Of a stretch of 64,000 nt of DNA, positions 9,004-17,920 are shown piece after piece (positions within the stretch are counted from its first letter, which is position 1; each line of letters begins with the position of its first letter). This stretch comes from a bacterium (lineage in GTDB: Bacteria > Gemmatimonadota > Gemmatimonadetes > Longimicrobiales > RSA9). The notes beneath the pieces are model-generated. The model saw only the letters and a program-made list of their open reading frames with translations. It was not told the DNA's origin and searched no databases. The stretch lies in contig QGVH02000005.1 of assembly GCA_003242735.2 (NCBI GenBank), positions 17,055-81,054 on the forward strand. Reading direction: 5' to 3'. Made by a program: the position numbers and the translations under genes.

Positions 9004-10536
9004 TCACCCGCCCGGGCCGCGCCCCCGCCGCGGCGGCTGCGTCGGCTTGCGGTCGTAGTCCACGCGCAGGCTCCGGCCCTTGAGTGTCACGCCGTTCAGC
9101 GCCTGGATCACCCGCTCCGCCGCGTCCGCCGCGACCTCGACGATGGAGAAGGTGTCCCGGATCTCGATCCGCCCCACCTCTTCGCCCGTGATGCCGGCCT
9201 CGCCCGTGATCGCGCCGACCAGGTCGCCCGGCCGCACGTTGTCGCGCTGCCCCGCACTCACGAACAGCCGCACCCACGGCCGCACGCCGGCGCCGGGGGA
9301 CGGAGCCGCGGCCGCCGGCGCGAGCGTCGGGACGCGCTGCCTCAACAACGCGCTCAACGCCGCCGCCACCTCCGCGGCGCTGAACTCCGCGAACAGCGGC
9401 TCGAGCACCAGCAGTTGCGCGCCGATGTCTTCCTCCCGCACGGCCTGCCGGATCCGCGCGCGGTACGCGTCCAGCTCGCTGCGCGCCGTCGTGGGCTCGG
9501 CCCCACTCACCGCTTCGAGCGTGAACTGCGCGTCCGCTGCGATCTGGCGGAGGTGCGGCAGCTCGCGCGCCAGCACCAGGACCACGCCGCCGGCCGCGTG
9601 CCGCTCGCCGAGCGACGCGGCGTCGAACGGGACGTCGTAGCTCACGACCGTCGCCACGCCGCCGGCCGCCGACACGTCCCCATCGCGAAGAGCCAGCCGG
9701 AACACGGCGCTGCCCGGAGCAAGCCCCGGCTCCGGATCGCTCGCGCGGAAGCCCCGGAGCTCGAGCGCTTCCCGCGCCGCCGCGGCGCTCGCCGGCGCGC
9801 GGCAGTGCACCGCGGCGGGCAGGTTCACCCTCCCACCGGCCACCAGCCCCGCGAGCAGCTCCGCTTTGCCACCCTCGGGCGCGACCGCGTAGCTCAACAC
9901 GCCGCGAGGGGGAGGCACTTCCTCGGTAACGACGGGCCGGCCCGGAATCCACAACGCGCGGCGGACGTGCCGCTCGATGTAGCTCTCGACCTGCGGCGTC
10001 GCCTCCGCCGTCACCACCACCCGCTGCGCCTCTCGTGGCAGCGAGACCGTCAGCGCCTCGATCACGTCGTTGCCGGACAGCGCCAGCACGACCGAGGCCG
10101 AATCCAGCACGAACGACTCCAACGTCTCCAGCTTCAGCCGCGACGCCTCGACCTCCCGCAACGCCGTCTCGGCGGACGCGACCACCACCTGCGGCGTGCC
10201 CTGCGCCCACCCCGGCCCCACCGCCGCCACCGAGACGCCTGCCGGCCCCCCGAGCCGCGCGAGCGACAGCGCGATACGCTCCGCAGCAACGTCGCTCACC
10301 GTGACCACCAACGCCCGCAGACCGCCCCCCTCCATGCCCGCCAGCCGGTCGAACACGCCCAGCCCGTACGCCCCGACCACACCCGCGCCCGAGGAGGCAT
10401 ACAGCACCGCGTTCCCGCCCCGGCGCAGCACCGGCACCGCTCCCCGCTGCAGCGGCGTCGGCGCCTCGTACCCCGCCGCCCGCGCCGCCTCGACCAGCTC
10501 CGGCCTCAATCCCAGATCGGCAAACGTCTCCGCCAT
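9004..10536 (-). CDS. DEAD-box-helicase-like protein with DbpA-type C-terminal RNA-binding domain and degenerate catalytic motifs
   Basis: Q-motif region (FADLGL...TPLQ) and a DbpA-like C-terminus (VRLFVSAGQRDNVRPGDLVGAITGEAGI...IEIRDTFSIVEV). Motif I reads ASSGAGVVGA (no Lys-Thr). Motif II reads LDSAS instead of DEAD. Confidence 0.8.
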   Translation of the reverse strand: MAETFADLGLRPELVEAARAAGYEAPTPLQRGAVPVLRRGGNAVLYASSGAGVVGAYGLGVFDRLAGMEGGGLRALVVTVSDVAAERIALSLARLGGPAGVSVAAVGPGWAQGTPQVVVASAETALREVEASRLKLETLESFVLDSASVVLALSGNDVIEALTVSLPREAQRVVVTAEATPQVESYIERHVRRALWIPGRPVVTEEVPPPRGVLSYAVAPEGGKAELLAGLVAGGRVNLPAAVHCRAPASAAAAREALELRGFRASDPEPGLAPGSAVFRLALRDGDVSAAGGVATVVSYDVPFDAASLGERHAAGGVVLVLARELPHLRQIAADAQFTLEAVSGAEPTTARSELDAYRARIRQAVREEDIGAQLLVLEPLFAEFSAAEVAAALSALLRQRVPTLAPAAAAPSPGAGVRPWVRLFVSAGQRDNVRPGDLVGAITGEAGITGEEVGRIEIRDTFSIVEVAADAAERVIQALNGVTLKGRSLRVDYDRKPTQPPRRGRGPGG

Positions 10537-10671
10537 CGCCCGTTCCCCTCACACGTGTTGTAAAGGACTTCCGCCAATATATCCGCTTGCAACCTTGCTG
10601 CCCAGGCGGTTAGCTTCCTCCCTTCCGTTCCTCACGAGAGACAAGCGCGGACTACCGCCGACGGGGGCGAC

Positions 10672-12096
10672 ATGGAAAGAGCGCAACTCGTTCTCGGCCA
10701 GATCAGCGACTTCGTCTGGGGGTTGCCCACCATCCTCCTGCTCGTGGGCACAGGGGTCTTCCTCACGATCCGCCTCCGCGGCCTCCAGTTCCGGGAACTC
10801 AAGCACTCACTCTGGCTCGCCCTGATCAAGCGCAAGGAGGAGGGCGCCCAGGGCGACATCTCCCACTTCCAGGCCCTCATGACCGCCCTCGCCGCGACCG
10901 TCGGCGTCGGCAACATCGCCGGCGTCGCCACCGCCATCGCCTCGGGCGGGCCCGGCGCACTCTTCTGGATGTGGGTGACCGGCCTCTTCGGCATGGCCAC
11001 CAAGTACTCCGAGGCCGTCCTCGGCGTCCGCTACCGCGAAGTCGATGCCCGCGGCAACATGGCCGGCGGCCCCATGTACTACCTCTCCCGCGGCATCGGC
11101 GGCCCCGCCGGCAAGACCCTCGGCTTCCTCTTCGCGCTCTTCGCGGCCTTCGCCGCCTTCGGCATCGGCAACATGGTCCAGTCCAACTCCGTCGCCGACG
11201 CGCTCCGCTCCTCCTTCGGCATCCCGCCCGTCGTGACCGGCGTGATCCTCACGATCGGCGCCGCCCTCGTCATCCTCGGCGGGATCCGCTCCATCGGCCG
11301 GGTCACGGCGTTCTTCGTGCCGTTCATGATCGTCTTCTACCTGGCCGGCGGCCTGATCGTCCTGCTCATCAACTGGCGCAGCCTGCCCGCCATCGTCGTC
11401 CACGTCTTCGGCGAAGCGTTCACGCCGACGGCGCCGATCGGCGGCTTCCTCGGCGCCACCGTGCGCGACGCCATCCGCTGGGGCTTCGCCCGCGGCGTCT
11501 TCTCCAACGAGTCCGGCCTCGGCACCGGCGCCATCGCAGCCGCGGCCGCACAGACGCGCCACCCGGCCACCCAGGCCCTGGTCTCGATGACGCAGACGTT
11601 CATCGACACCATCGTCGTCTGCTCGATCACGGGCTTCACCATCATCGCGACCGGGGCGTGGACGCAGACCGACCCCGCCACCGGCGCCGCGCTCACCGGC
11701 GCGCCGCTCACCGCCGCCGCGTTCCAGACCGGCCTACCCGGCCAGTGGGGCGGTCACATCGTCTCCCTCAGCCTCGCCTTCTTCGCCTTCTCCACCGTGC
11801 TCGGCTGGGCCTACTACGGCGAGCGCGCCGTCGAGTACCTGTTCGGCGTCCGCGCCATCACACCGTACCGCATCCTGTTCGTCATCGGGACCTTCGTCGG
11901 CGCCTACGTCCTGCAGCTCCAGCAGACCACGGGATTCCAGCTCGTCTGGACGTTCAGCGACATCATGAACGGCCTGATGGCGATTCCCAACCTCATCGGA
12001 CTGATCCTGCTCTCCGGCGTCGTCGTCAGGGAGACCCAATCCATGCTCGAACAGCGGCGCGTCGCCGAGCCGGTCGCGAAGGTCGAGACGACGTGA
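10672..12096 (+). CDS. alanine/glycine:cation symporter (AGCS family)
   Basis: Multi-TM protein with typical AGCS motifs ([46 protein letters not shown]). Confidence 0.9.
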   Translation: MERAQLVLGQISDFVWGLPTILLLVGTGVFLTIRLRGLQFRELKHSLWLALIKRKEEGAQGDISHFQALMTALAATVGVGNIAGVATAIASGGPGALFWMWVTGLFGMATKYSEAVLGVRYREVDARGNMAGGPMYYLSRGIGGPAGKTLGFLFALFAAFAAFGIGNMVQSNSVADALRSSFGIPPVVTGVILTIGAALVILGGIRSIGRVTAFFVPFMIVFYLAGGLIVLLINWRSLPAIVVHVFGEAFTPTAPIGGFLGATVRDAIRWGFARGVFSNESGLGTGAIAAAAAQTRHPATQALVSMTQTFIDTIVVCSITGFTIIATGAWTQTDPATGAALTGAPLTAAAFQTGLPGQWGGHIVSLSLAFFAFSTVLGWAYYGERAVEYLFGVRAITPYRILFVIGTFVGAYVLQLQQTTGFQLVWTFSDIMNGLMAIPNLIGLILLSGVVVRETQSMLEQRRVAEPVAKVETT

Positions 12097-12132
12097 GAGA
12101 AGGGCGCGGAGGGGAATCCTCCGCGCCCTTCT
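12096..12132. terminator. 16-bp perfect hairpin immediately after the symporter stop codon
   Basis: GAGAAGGGCGCGGAGG-GGAAT-CCTCCGCGCCCTTCTC. Confidence 0.55.
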
Positions 12133-12206
12133 CGGCACTCGGCCCGGGCTCACGCGGAGACCAGGGGGCGCAGCGACACGGAGCAGCACGGAGGACGGCT
12201 CCGCTG

Positions 12207-12491
12207 CTACCGCTTCGGCACGTCCCCCGGCTGGTAGGGCAACTGGTTGAGGTAGTACTGCGTCTCGATGTCGAGCCGCGACGTGCGAGGCTGGTCCGTC
12301 GAAGCGTGAACCACCGTGTCCGGCCCATGACGGTGCGCACGGATCGTGACCGTGCCGTCACCACCCTTCAACGTGATGGAGTGCCGATCCTCGCTCACCT
12401 TGGTGAGCGGCAGCCGCGCCGTCAGCACCTCCTCCGCCGTGCGCAGCGCCTCGCGCGTCGACACGGCCGTGATGCGCTCGTAATCCGCCAT
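12207..12491 (-). CDS. hypothetical small protein (94 aa)
   Basis: C-terminal part of ORF 12207..13196 starting at MADYERITAV. Ordinary amino-acid composition, unlike the upstream shadow sequence. Lies 18 nt downstream of the DsbA-like gene on the same strand. Confidence 0.55.
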   Translation of the reverse strand: MADYERITAVSTREALRTAEEVLTARLPLTKVSEDRHSITLKGGDGTVTIRAHRHGPDTVVHASTDQPRTSRLDIETQYYLNQLPYQPGDVPKR

Positions 12492-12508
12492 CGGATCCTT
12501 CGTCTCGT

Positions 12509-13129
12509 TCAGCCGCCTGCGTCGGCGGCGCTCCGTTGAATCAGCTCCAGCAGGTCTTCGTACCGCTGCAGGCCCGTGATGAGCCGCCCGCCTACGACGT
12601 ACGCAGGCACGCCCCGCACGCCCCGCCGCAGCGCCTCCGCCTCCTCCGCCAACACCTGCTCCGTGTAGCGATCCACACCCAGCGCGATGCGCAGGTCCTG
12701 CGCATCCAGGCCCAACCGCGCACCCAGCTCCGCCAGCACGTCGATCCGCCCGATGTCCAGCCCTTCGACGAAGTGCGCACGGTACAGCGCCTCGTGGAAC
12801 TCGTCGAAGCGGCCGTGCTCCCGCGCGTACACCGCGGCTTCGTGCGCCTTGCGCGTGCGCGGCTGGGTCCGCGGACACCGCAGCTCCAGCCCCAGCTCCC
12901 GCGCCAGCGGCTCCACGACCGTGGCCCAGTCGCGCTCCGCCTCCCGCGGGTCCGGCAACTCCGTCGGCGCCGGCCACAACTCGTACGCCCTGCGCTCCAC
13001 CCACACACCCGCCTCGTCGCGCAGCCGCCGCAACCCCGGCTCCGCCAGGTAGCAGAACGGCGAGACGTAGTCGCAGTAGACCACGACACGCGCTCCCGGC
13101 GCCGCGGACGTCCGTTCCACGTCCTCCAA
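12509..13129 (-). CDS. DsbA-family oxidoreductase/isomerase (FrnE/HCCA-isomerase-like)
   Basis: C-terminal 200 aa or so of ORF 12509..14194. VVVYCDYVSPFCYLAEPG (SPFC in place of CPxC) and GVRGVPAYVVGG near the C-terminus. Start is TTG 13129 or GTG 13120, after GAGGAGGG. Confidence 0.75.
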   Translation of the reverse strand: MEDVERTSAAPGARVVVYCDYVSPFCYLAEPGLRRLRDEAGVWVERRAYELWPAPTELPDPREAERDWATVVEPLARELGLELRCPRTQPRTRKAHEAAVYAREHGRFDEFHEALYRAHFVEGLDIGRIDVLAELGARLGLDAQDLRIALGVDRYTEQVLAEEAEALRRGVRGVPAYVVGGRLITGLQRYEDLLELIQRSAADAGG

Positions 13130-13249
13130 ACCACCCTCCTCGCGCTGCCGTGGATCGACGAGCCCGTAATCTGACCGGCACGCCGGGGGCGGGCAAGCTC
13201 TCCTTGTGGCCCGCCGGCCACCCCGTATATTCACGGCCACTTTCGAATC

Positions 13250-14485
13250 ATGGACCGACTTCCAGCACGCTCGATCACCTTGCGGACCAGCACCAACATC
13301 GCCGGCCTCCAGCCCTCGGCCACCGTCGCCGTCGCCGCGCTCGCGCGCGAGCTCCGGGCCCAGGGCCGCGACATCGTCGACCTCAGCGCGGGCGAGCCCG
13401 ACTTCGACACACCCGCCTTCATCCGCAGCGCCGCCATCCACGCCATCGAGCACGGCGCAACCCGCTACGCCGCCGCGCCGGGCATCCAGCCCCTGCGCGA
13501 GGCCATCGCACGCGACCTCGCCAGCCGCACGGGCCGCGACATCGACCCCGCCGGCATCGTCGTCTCCGCCGGCGCCAAGCAGGCCATCTTCAACGCCTGC
13601 TTCGTCCTCTTCGGCCCCGGCGACCGCGTGCTGTTCCCCGCGCCCTACTGGACCAGTTATCCGGACATCGTGCGCCTGGCGCGCGCCGAGCCCGTGCCCG
13701 TCGCCGGCGACCCCGACAACGGCTACAAGGTCACGCCCGCACTGCTCGAGGCGGCCAGCGACGACCGCACCCGCGGCCTCATCCTCAACTCCCCGTGCAA
13801 CCCCACCGGCGCGGTGTACACGCGCGAGGAGCTCGAGGCCATCTACCGCTGGGCCGCCGAGCGCGACATCTGGATCATCAGCGACGAGATCTACGCCCGC
13901 ATCTGCTTCACCGCGAATGCCGCGCCCGGCCTGCTCGAGCTGCCCGAGGCGTCGCTGGACCGCGTCGTCATCGTGGACGGCGCGTCCAAGACCTTCGCCA
14001 TGACCGGCTGGCGCATCGGATTCTCGTACTCGAACGCCGAGCTCGCCCGCCACATGGCCGCGCTCCAGAGCCACATCACCACCTCGGCCGCGACGCCGTC
14101 CCAGTACGCCGCGCTCGCGGCCTACCGCGCCGAGGGCGAGCACGCCGCCGAGCTGCGGGCCATGGCCGAGACGTTCCGGCGCCGCCGCGACCACGTCGTC
14201 TCGCTCTTCCGGGAGCTGCTGCCCGGCACCGAGTTCGTCTACCCCGAGGGCGCGTTCTACCTCTTCTTCCGCGTCGACGGCTTCTTCCGGGACGGCGTGA
14301 ACAGCGCCGTGGAGCTCTGCCGCAAGCTCATCGAGGAGGGCGGTGTTGCGCTCGTGCCCGGCGCCGCGTTCGGGGATGACCGCTTCGTCCGCCTCTCCTT
14401 CGCCGCCAGCGAGGAGATGCTGACCGAGGGGATCCGCCGTATTGCCCGCACACTCTCGCCGGGCTCCGCCGGCGGCACGGCCTGA
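13250..14485 (+). CDS. pyridoxal-phosphate-dependent aspartate aminotransferase (class I)
   Basis: NSPCNPTGAVY, SDEIY, and the PLP-lysine motif SKTFAMTGWRIG. Confidence 0.92.
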   Translation: MDRLPARSITLRTSTNIAGLQPSATVAVAALARELRAQGRDIVDLSAGEPDFDTPAFIRSAAIHAIEHGATRYAAAPGIQPLREAIARDLASRTGRDIDPAGIVVSAGAKQAIFNACFVLFGPGDRVLFPAPYWTSYPDIVRLARAEPVPVAGDPDNGYKVTPALLEAASDDRTRGLILNSPCNPTGAVYTREELEAIYRWAAERDIWIISDEIYARICFTANAAPGLLELPEASLDRVVIVDGASKTFAMTGWRIGFSYSNAELARHMAALQSHITTSAATPSQYAALAAYRAEGEHAAELRAMAETFRRRRDHVVSLFRELLPGTEFVYPEGAFYLFFRVDGFFRDGVNSAVELCRKLIEEGGVALVPGAAFGDDRFVRLSFAASEEMLTEGIRRIARTLSPGSAGGTA

Positions 14486-14492
14486 CCACCTG

Positions 14493-14540
14493 CCGGCCCC
14501 GCACGACCGACGACGCGCGGGGCCGGTTTCATTGTTTCAG
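14493..14540 (+). terminator. intrinsic terminator after the aminotransferase gene
   Basis: CCGGCCCCGC-(14 nt)-GCGGGGCCGG followed by TTTCATTGTTTC. Confidence 0.6.
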
Positions 14541-15445
14541 AGCGGCACGGCGTCGAGCCGCGCGAGCGTGCTGCCCACGTAGCTCGCGCCGAACAGGTTG
14601 ACGTGCACGAGGAGGTAGTAGAGCTGGTAGATCGGCCGGCGTCTCTCCGCGTAGCCCGGCGCCAGCGGCCACGCCTCGCGGTACGCCTCGTAGAACCCGC
14701 TGCCGAAGCCGCCGAACAGCTCGCTCATGGCGAGGTCGACCTCGCGGTGGCCGTGGTAGGCGGACGGATCAATGAGTGCGGCCCGGCCGCCCGCCATCAC
14801 GTGGACGTTGCCGCCCCAGAGGTCGCCGTGCAGGAGCGAGGCGCCGTCCGCCTCCGCCTCGGCGAGGAGCGCGTCGAGTCGGTCCAGCAGCGCGTCGAAC
14901 CGGCGGCGGGCCCGCGCATCGAAGTACCCGGCGCGCACGGCCCGCTCGAGCTGCGGCGCCAGCCGTCGCTCCCGCCAGAAGGCCGCCCATGATGCCGACC
15001 AGCCATTCGCCTGCGGCAACGAGCCGATGAAGTTGTCCTCCGGCCAGCCGTAACGCTCTGCGCGAACGCGGTGCAACGCGGCGAGCGAGCGGCCCAGCTC
15101 CGGCCACGTGCGCGCGTTCGGCGAGCCGGGCTCCAGCCACTCGAGGAGCAACCACGGCGCCCCGCTGTCCGGCCCGCCCACGGCGATCACCTCCGGTACC
15201 CGCACCGCGTTCGCCGCGGCCAGGGCGGCGAGCGCCCGCGCCTCCGCGTCGAACAGCCCGGCCGGCGTCCGGCCCCCCGAGCCCCACTTGAGGAAGAAGA
15301 CGTCGCCTGCGTCCGTCTCCACCCGCGCCGCGGGGCTGATGCAGCCGCCGCCCACCGCCCGCACGCTGCTCACGTGCGCCTCCCGCCCGGTGCGTCGCGC
15401 GAGCGCCCGCTCGACCGCGACGCGCACGCCGCCCGGCAGCTTCAA
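14537..15445 (-). CDS. fructosamine kinase family protein
   Basis: FFLKW, LLHGDLWGGNV and LIDPSAYHGHREVDLA motifs. Likely TTG start at 15445 overlapping the upstream stop codon (TTGA). The ATG at 15517 lies inside the upstream gene. Confidence 0.85.
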   Translation of the reverse strand: MKLPGGVRVAVERALARRTGREAHVSSVRAVGGGCISPAARVETDAGDVFFLKWGSGGRTPAGLFDAEARALAALAAANAVRVPEVIAVGGPDSGAPWLLLEWLEPGSPNARTWPELGRSLAALHRVRAERYGWPEDNFIGSLPQANGWSASWAAFWRERRLAPQLERAVRAGYFDARARRRFDALLDRLDALLAEAEADGASLLHGDLWGGNVHVMAGGRAALIDPSAYHGHREVDLAMSELFGGFGSGFYEAYREAWPLAPGYAERRRPIYQLYYLLVHVNLFGASYVGSTLARLDAVPL

Positions 15446-15966
15446 GGCTCCGCCCGCCTGCCGACGCCCGCATCCAGCCCCCGCTCCGCCACGATGTGCC
15501 GGAGCAGCGCCGCGCACGAGCGCTCGACGATGTCGTGCACCTTCTCGAACCCCTGCGGGCCGCCGTAGTACGGGTCCGGCACGTCCAGGTCCCCGTGCGC
15601 CTCCGGGTCGAACTCGCGTAGCCGCATGACCCGCGGCGAGCGCACACCCGCCTCCGCCACCAGCCGCTGGACGTCCCGGAGGTTCATCTCGTCCATCGCG
15701 ATGATGTAGTCGAACCGCTCCGCATCCTCACGGCGGATCTGCCGGGCCCGCCCCGTCATCTCCACGCCCCGCGCACGGGCCACCCTCACCGTCCGCGGGT
15801 CCGGGCCCTCGCCCTCGTGATACGACGACGTGCCCGCCGAATCCACCTCGACCAGGTCCTCCAGCCCCGCCTCCTTCACCTGCTTGCGGAACACCGCCTC
15901 CGCCAGCGGCGAGCGGCAGATGTTGCCCAGACACACGAACAGCACCGACGTCTTCTTTCCAGTCAT
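15442..15966 (-). CDS. low-molecular-weight protein-tyrosine phosphatase
   Basis: P-loop VCLGNICRSP and a DPYYG Asp loop. Confidence 0.92.
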   Translation of the reverse strand: MTGKKTSVLFVCLGNICRSPLAEAVFRKQVKEAGLEDLVEVDSAGTSSYHEGEGPDPRTVRVARARGVEMTGRARQIRREDAERFDYIIAMDEMNLRDVQRLVAEAGVRSPRVMRLREFDPEAHGDLDVPDPYYGGPQGFEKVHDIVERSCAALLRHIVAERGLDAGVGRRAEP

Positions 15967-16327
15967 CTCTCGGCCCTTCCCCTGGTCCTGGGTCCAACCT
16001 CCCTGGCTCGGATACCCCTCGCCCTTCGCTCCGTGTCACACGGGCCCATGGAGATCACGGAGCAGCGCGCCGGGACCAGGCAGGATCCACCGCCACCGAA
16101 CGTTGACTCGCCCGCAGAGAACGACCATATCACGGATCAACGCGGACGCCGGGACGACTCCGCGGCGCGCCGGACACCGGAGCCCCCGGCCTCCCCGTGC
16201 TGCGCGCCTCCGCGTGAGCCCCTCGTGCTCCGCGTCTGGCTCATGCTCCCCCGCTCCCGCACGGACCCGGAAACAGCGAACGAACGCGCAGGTGGAGAAA
16301 ACCAGCAAACCGACGACGAGACCCACT

Positions 16328-17191
16328 ATGCCCGCCCAGCCCACGCGCCAGGTCTTCAGCCCGGACCTCCTCGCCGGCCGCACCGCCCTCATCACCGGCG
16401 GCGGCTCGGGCCTCGGCCTCGCCATGGCCCGCCGCTTCCTCGAACTCGGCGCCAGGGTCGCCATCGCCGGCCGCAGCGCCCAACGCCTCGAGGCCGCGGC
16501 GCGAGAGCTCGACGCCGGCGATGCGCTGCTCACACACACCGCCGACGTCCGCGACTTCGCTCAGGTCGAGGCGCTGGTCAACGCCACGGTCGAACGGTTC
16601 GGCGACCTGGACATCCTCGTCAACAACGCCGCGGGGAACTTCCTCGCCGCCACAGAAGAACTCTCGCCGAACGGCTTCCACGCCGTCGTCGCCACGGTGC
16701 TCCACGGCAGCTTCCACGCGACGCTCGCCGCCGGCCGACACATGATCCGGCGCGGCGGAGGCTCGATCCTCAACATCCTCACGACCTACGCGTGGACCGG
16801 CTCCGCGTTCGTGGTGCCCTCCGCAGCGGCCAAGGCCGGCGTCCTCGCCATGACCCGCTCCCTCGCCGTCGAGTGGGCCGCCTACGACATCCGCGTCAAC
16901 GCCATCGCGCCCGGCCCGTTCCCCACCGAGGGCGCGTGGTCCCGCCTCATGCCGTCACCGGAGCTCGAGGCCGAGGCGCGCGAGCGCATCCCCGCGGGCC
17001 GCTTCGGCGACCCCGCCGAGCTCGCCAACCTCGCCGCGTTCCTCGTCTCCGATGCGGCGCCCTACATCACAGGGGAGTGCGTCACGATCGACGGCGGCGG
17101 GTGGCTCGCATCGGGCGGCACCTTCAGCCACCTGACACGCCACGACCGCGCGGAAACGAAGGAGGTGTTCAGGAAGATCCGCGGACGCTGA
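16328..17191 (+). CDS. SDR-family oxidoreductase (2,4-dienoyl-CoA reductase-like)
   Basis: Internal ATG of ORF 15830..17191. ITGGGSGLG, NNAAGNF, SAAKAG, and ITGECVTIDGG at the C-terminus. Confidence 0.88.
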   Translation: MPAQPTRQVFSPDLLAGRTALITGGGSGLGLAMARRFLELGARVAIAGRSAQRLEAAARELDAGDALLTHTADVRDFAQVEALVNATVERFGDLDILVNNAAGNFLAATEELSPNGFHAVVATVLHGSFHATLAAGRHMIRRGGGSILNILTTYAWTGSAFVVPSAAAKAGVLAMTRSLAVEWAAYDIRVNAIAPGPFPTEGAWSRLMPSPELEAEARERIPAGRFGDPAELANLAAFLVSDAAPYITGECVTIDGGGWLASGGTFSHLTRHDRAETKEVFRKIRGR

Positions 17192-17211
17192 GTGCCGAAC
17201 CCGCCCGGCGG

Positions 17212-17484
17212 TCACCGCGGCAGACGGTACCGCCGGGGCAGGACCGCGAGGAAATGACTGCCACAGCTCAGGCACTGGCGCCACCGCAGCCGCGGCATGC
17301 GGGGCGAGAAGAGCGCCGCGCGCGGCGTCGGCTGATCCACTTCCTTGGTATAGCGCGATCCGCAGTCGGGGCACGCGCGGCCACGCCCACCGACCTTGGC
17401 ACCGCTGTCAGAGCCCGAATCCGAATCCGGCACGAAGAGAGCGCACATATCGGCGTCAGCCCCATCCAGGTCGTCACGGGTCAT
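17212..17484 (-). CDS. hypothetical zinc-ribbon protein (90 aa)
   Basis: Two CxxC pairs (CPDCGSRY ... CLSCGSHF), an acidic N-terminus, and mostly G/C at third codon positions. Confidence 0.5.
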   Translation of the reverse strand: MTRDDLDGADADMCALFVPDSDSGSDSGAKVGGRGRACPDCGSRYTKEVDQPTPRAALFSPRMPRLRWRQCLSCGSHFLAVLPRRYRLPR

Positions 17485-17920
17485 CGCGCCGTGCCCCCCG
17501 TCGTGCCACCTGGCCTGCCCCCTGGCGGCGGGGGCCTGCCACCCGCCAGCCCGTGCGGTCTCCGGTCACACGTGCCGACGAGGTGGTCAGGCACCCCGCC
17601 ATCGACCCTGACTGCGGCTCCGGGGAGAGCCACGGCGGCCCGCGCATTGGTCAATGACCGTGCCAGCCACGCAGGGCGCACGAGTGCTGGATTTGCCGAG
17701 CCAGCCGCGCACCGCCGGCGGCCAGAGTCACGAATTACGACGACAGCTTGTAGCGGGAGCGCCACATGCGATCCGCGATCAACCCATCGCTGCACCCGCA
17801 GTTGCGTCACGGCCGAAGCACCCGCGCGCCGCGGCTTGCCCCACCGCTTCGGCAGCCCTTATCCTCCGTTCCGGTTCGACCGACGCGGACTCCTCCGATC
17901 CTCGTCCAGTGAAGCCGACC

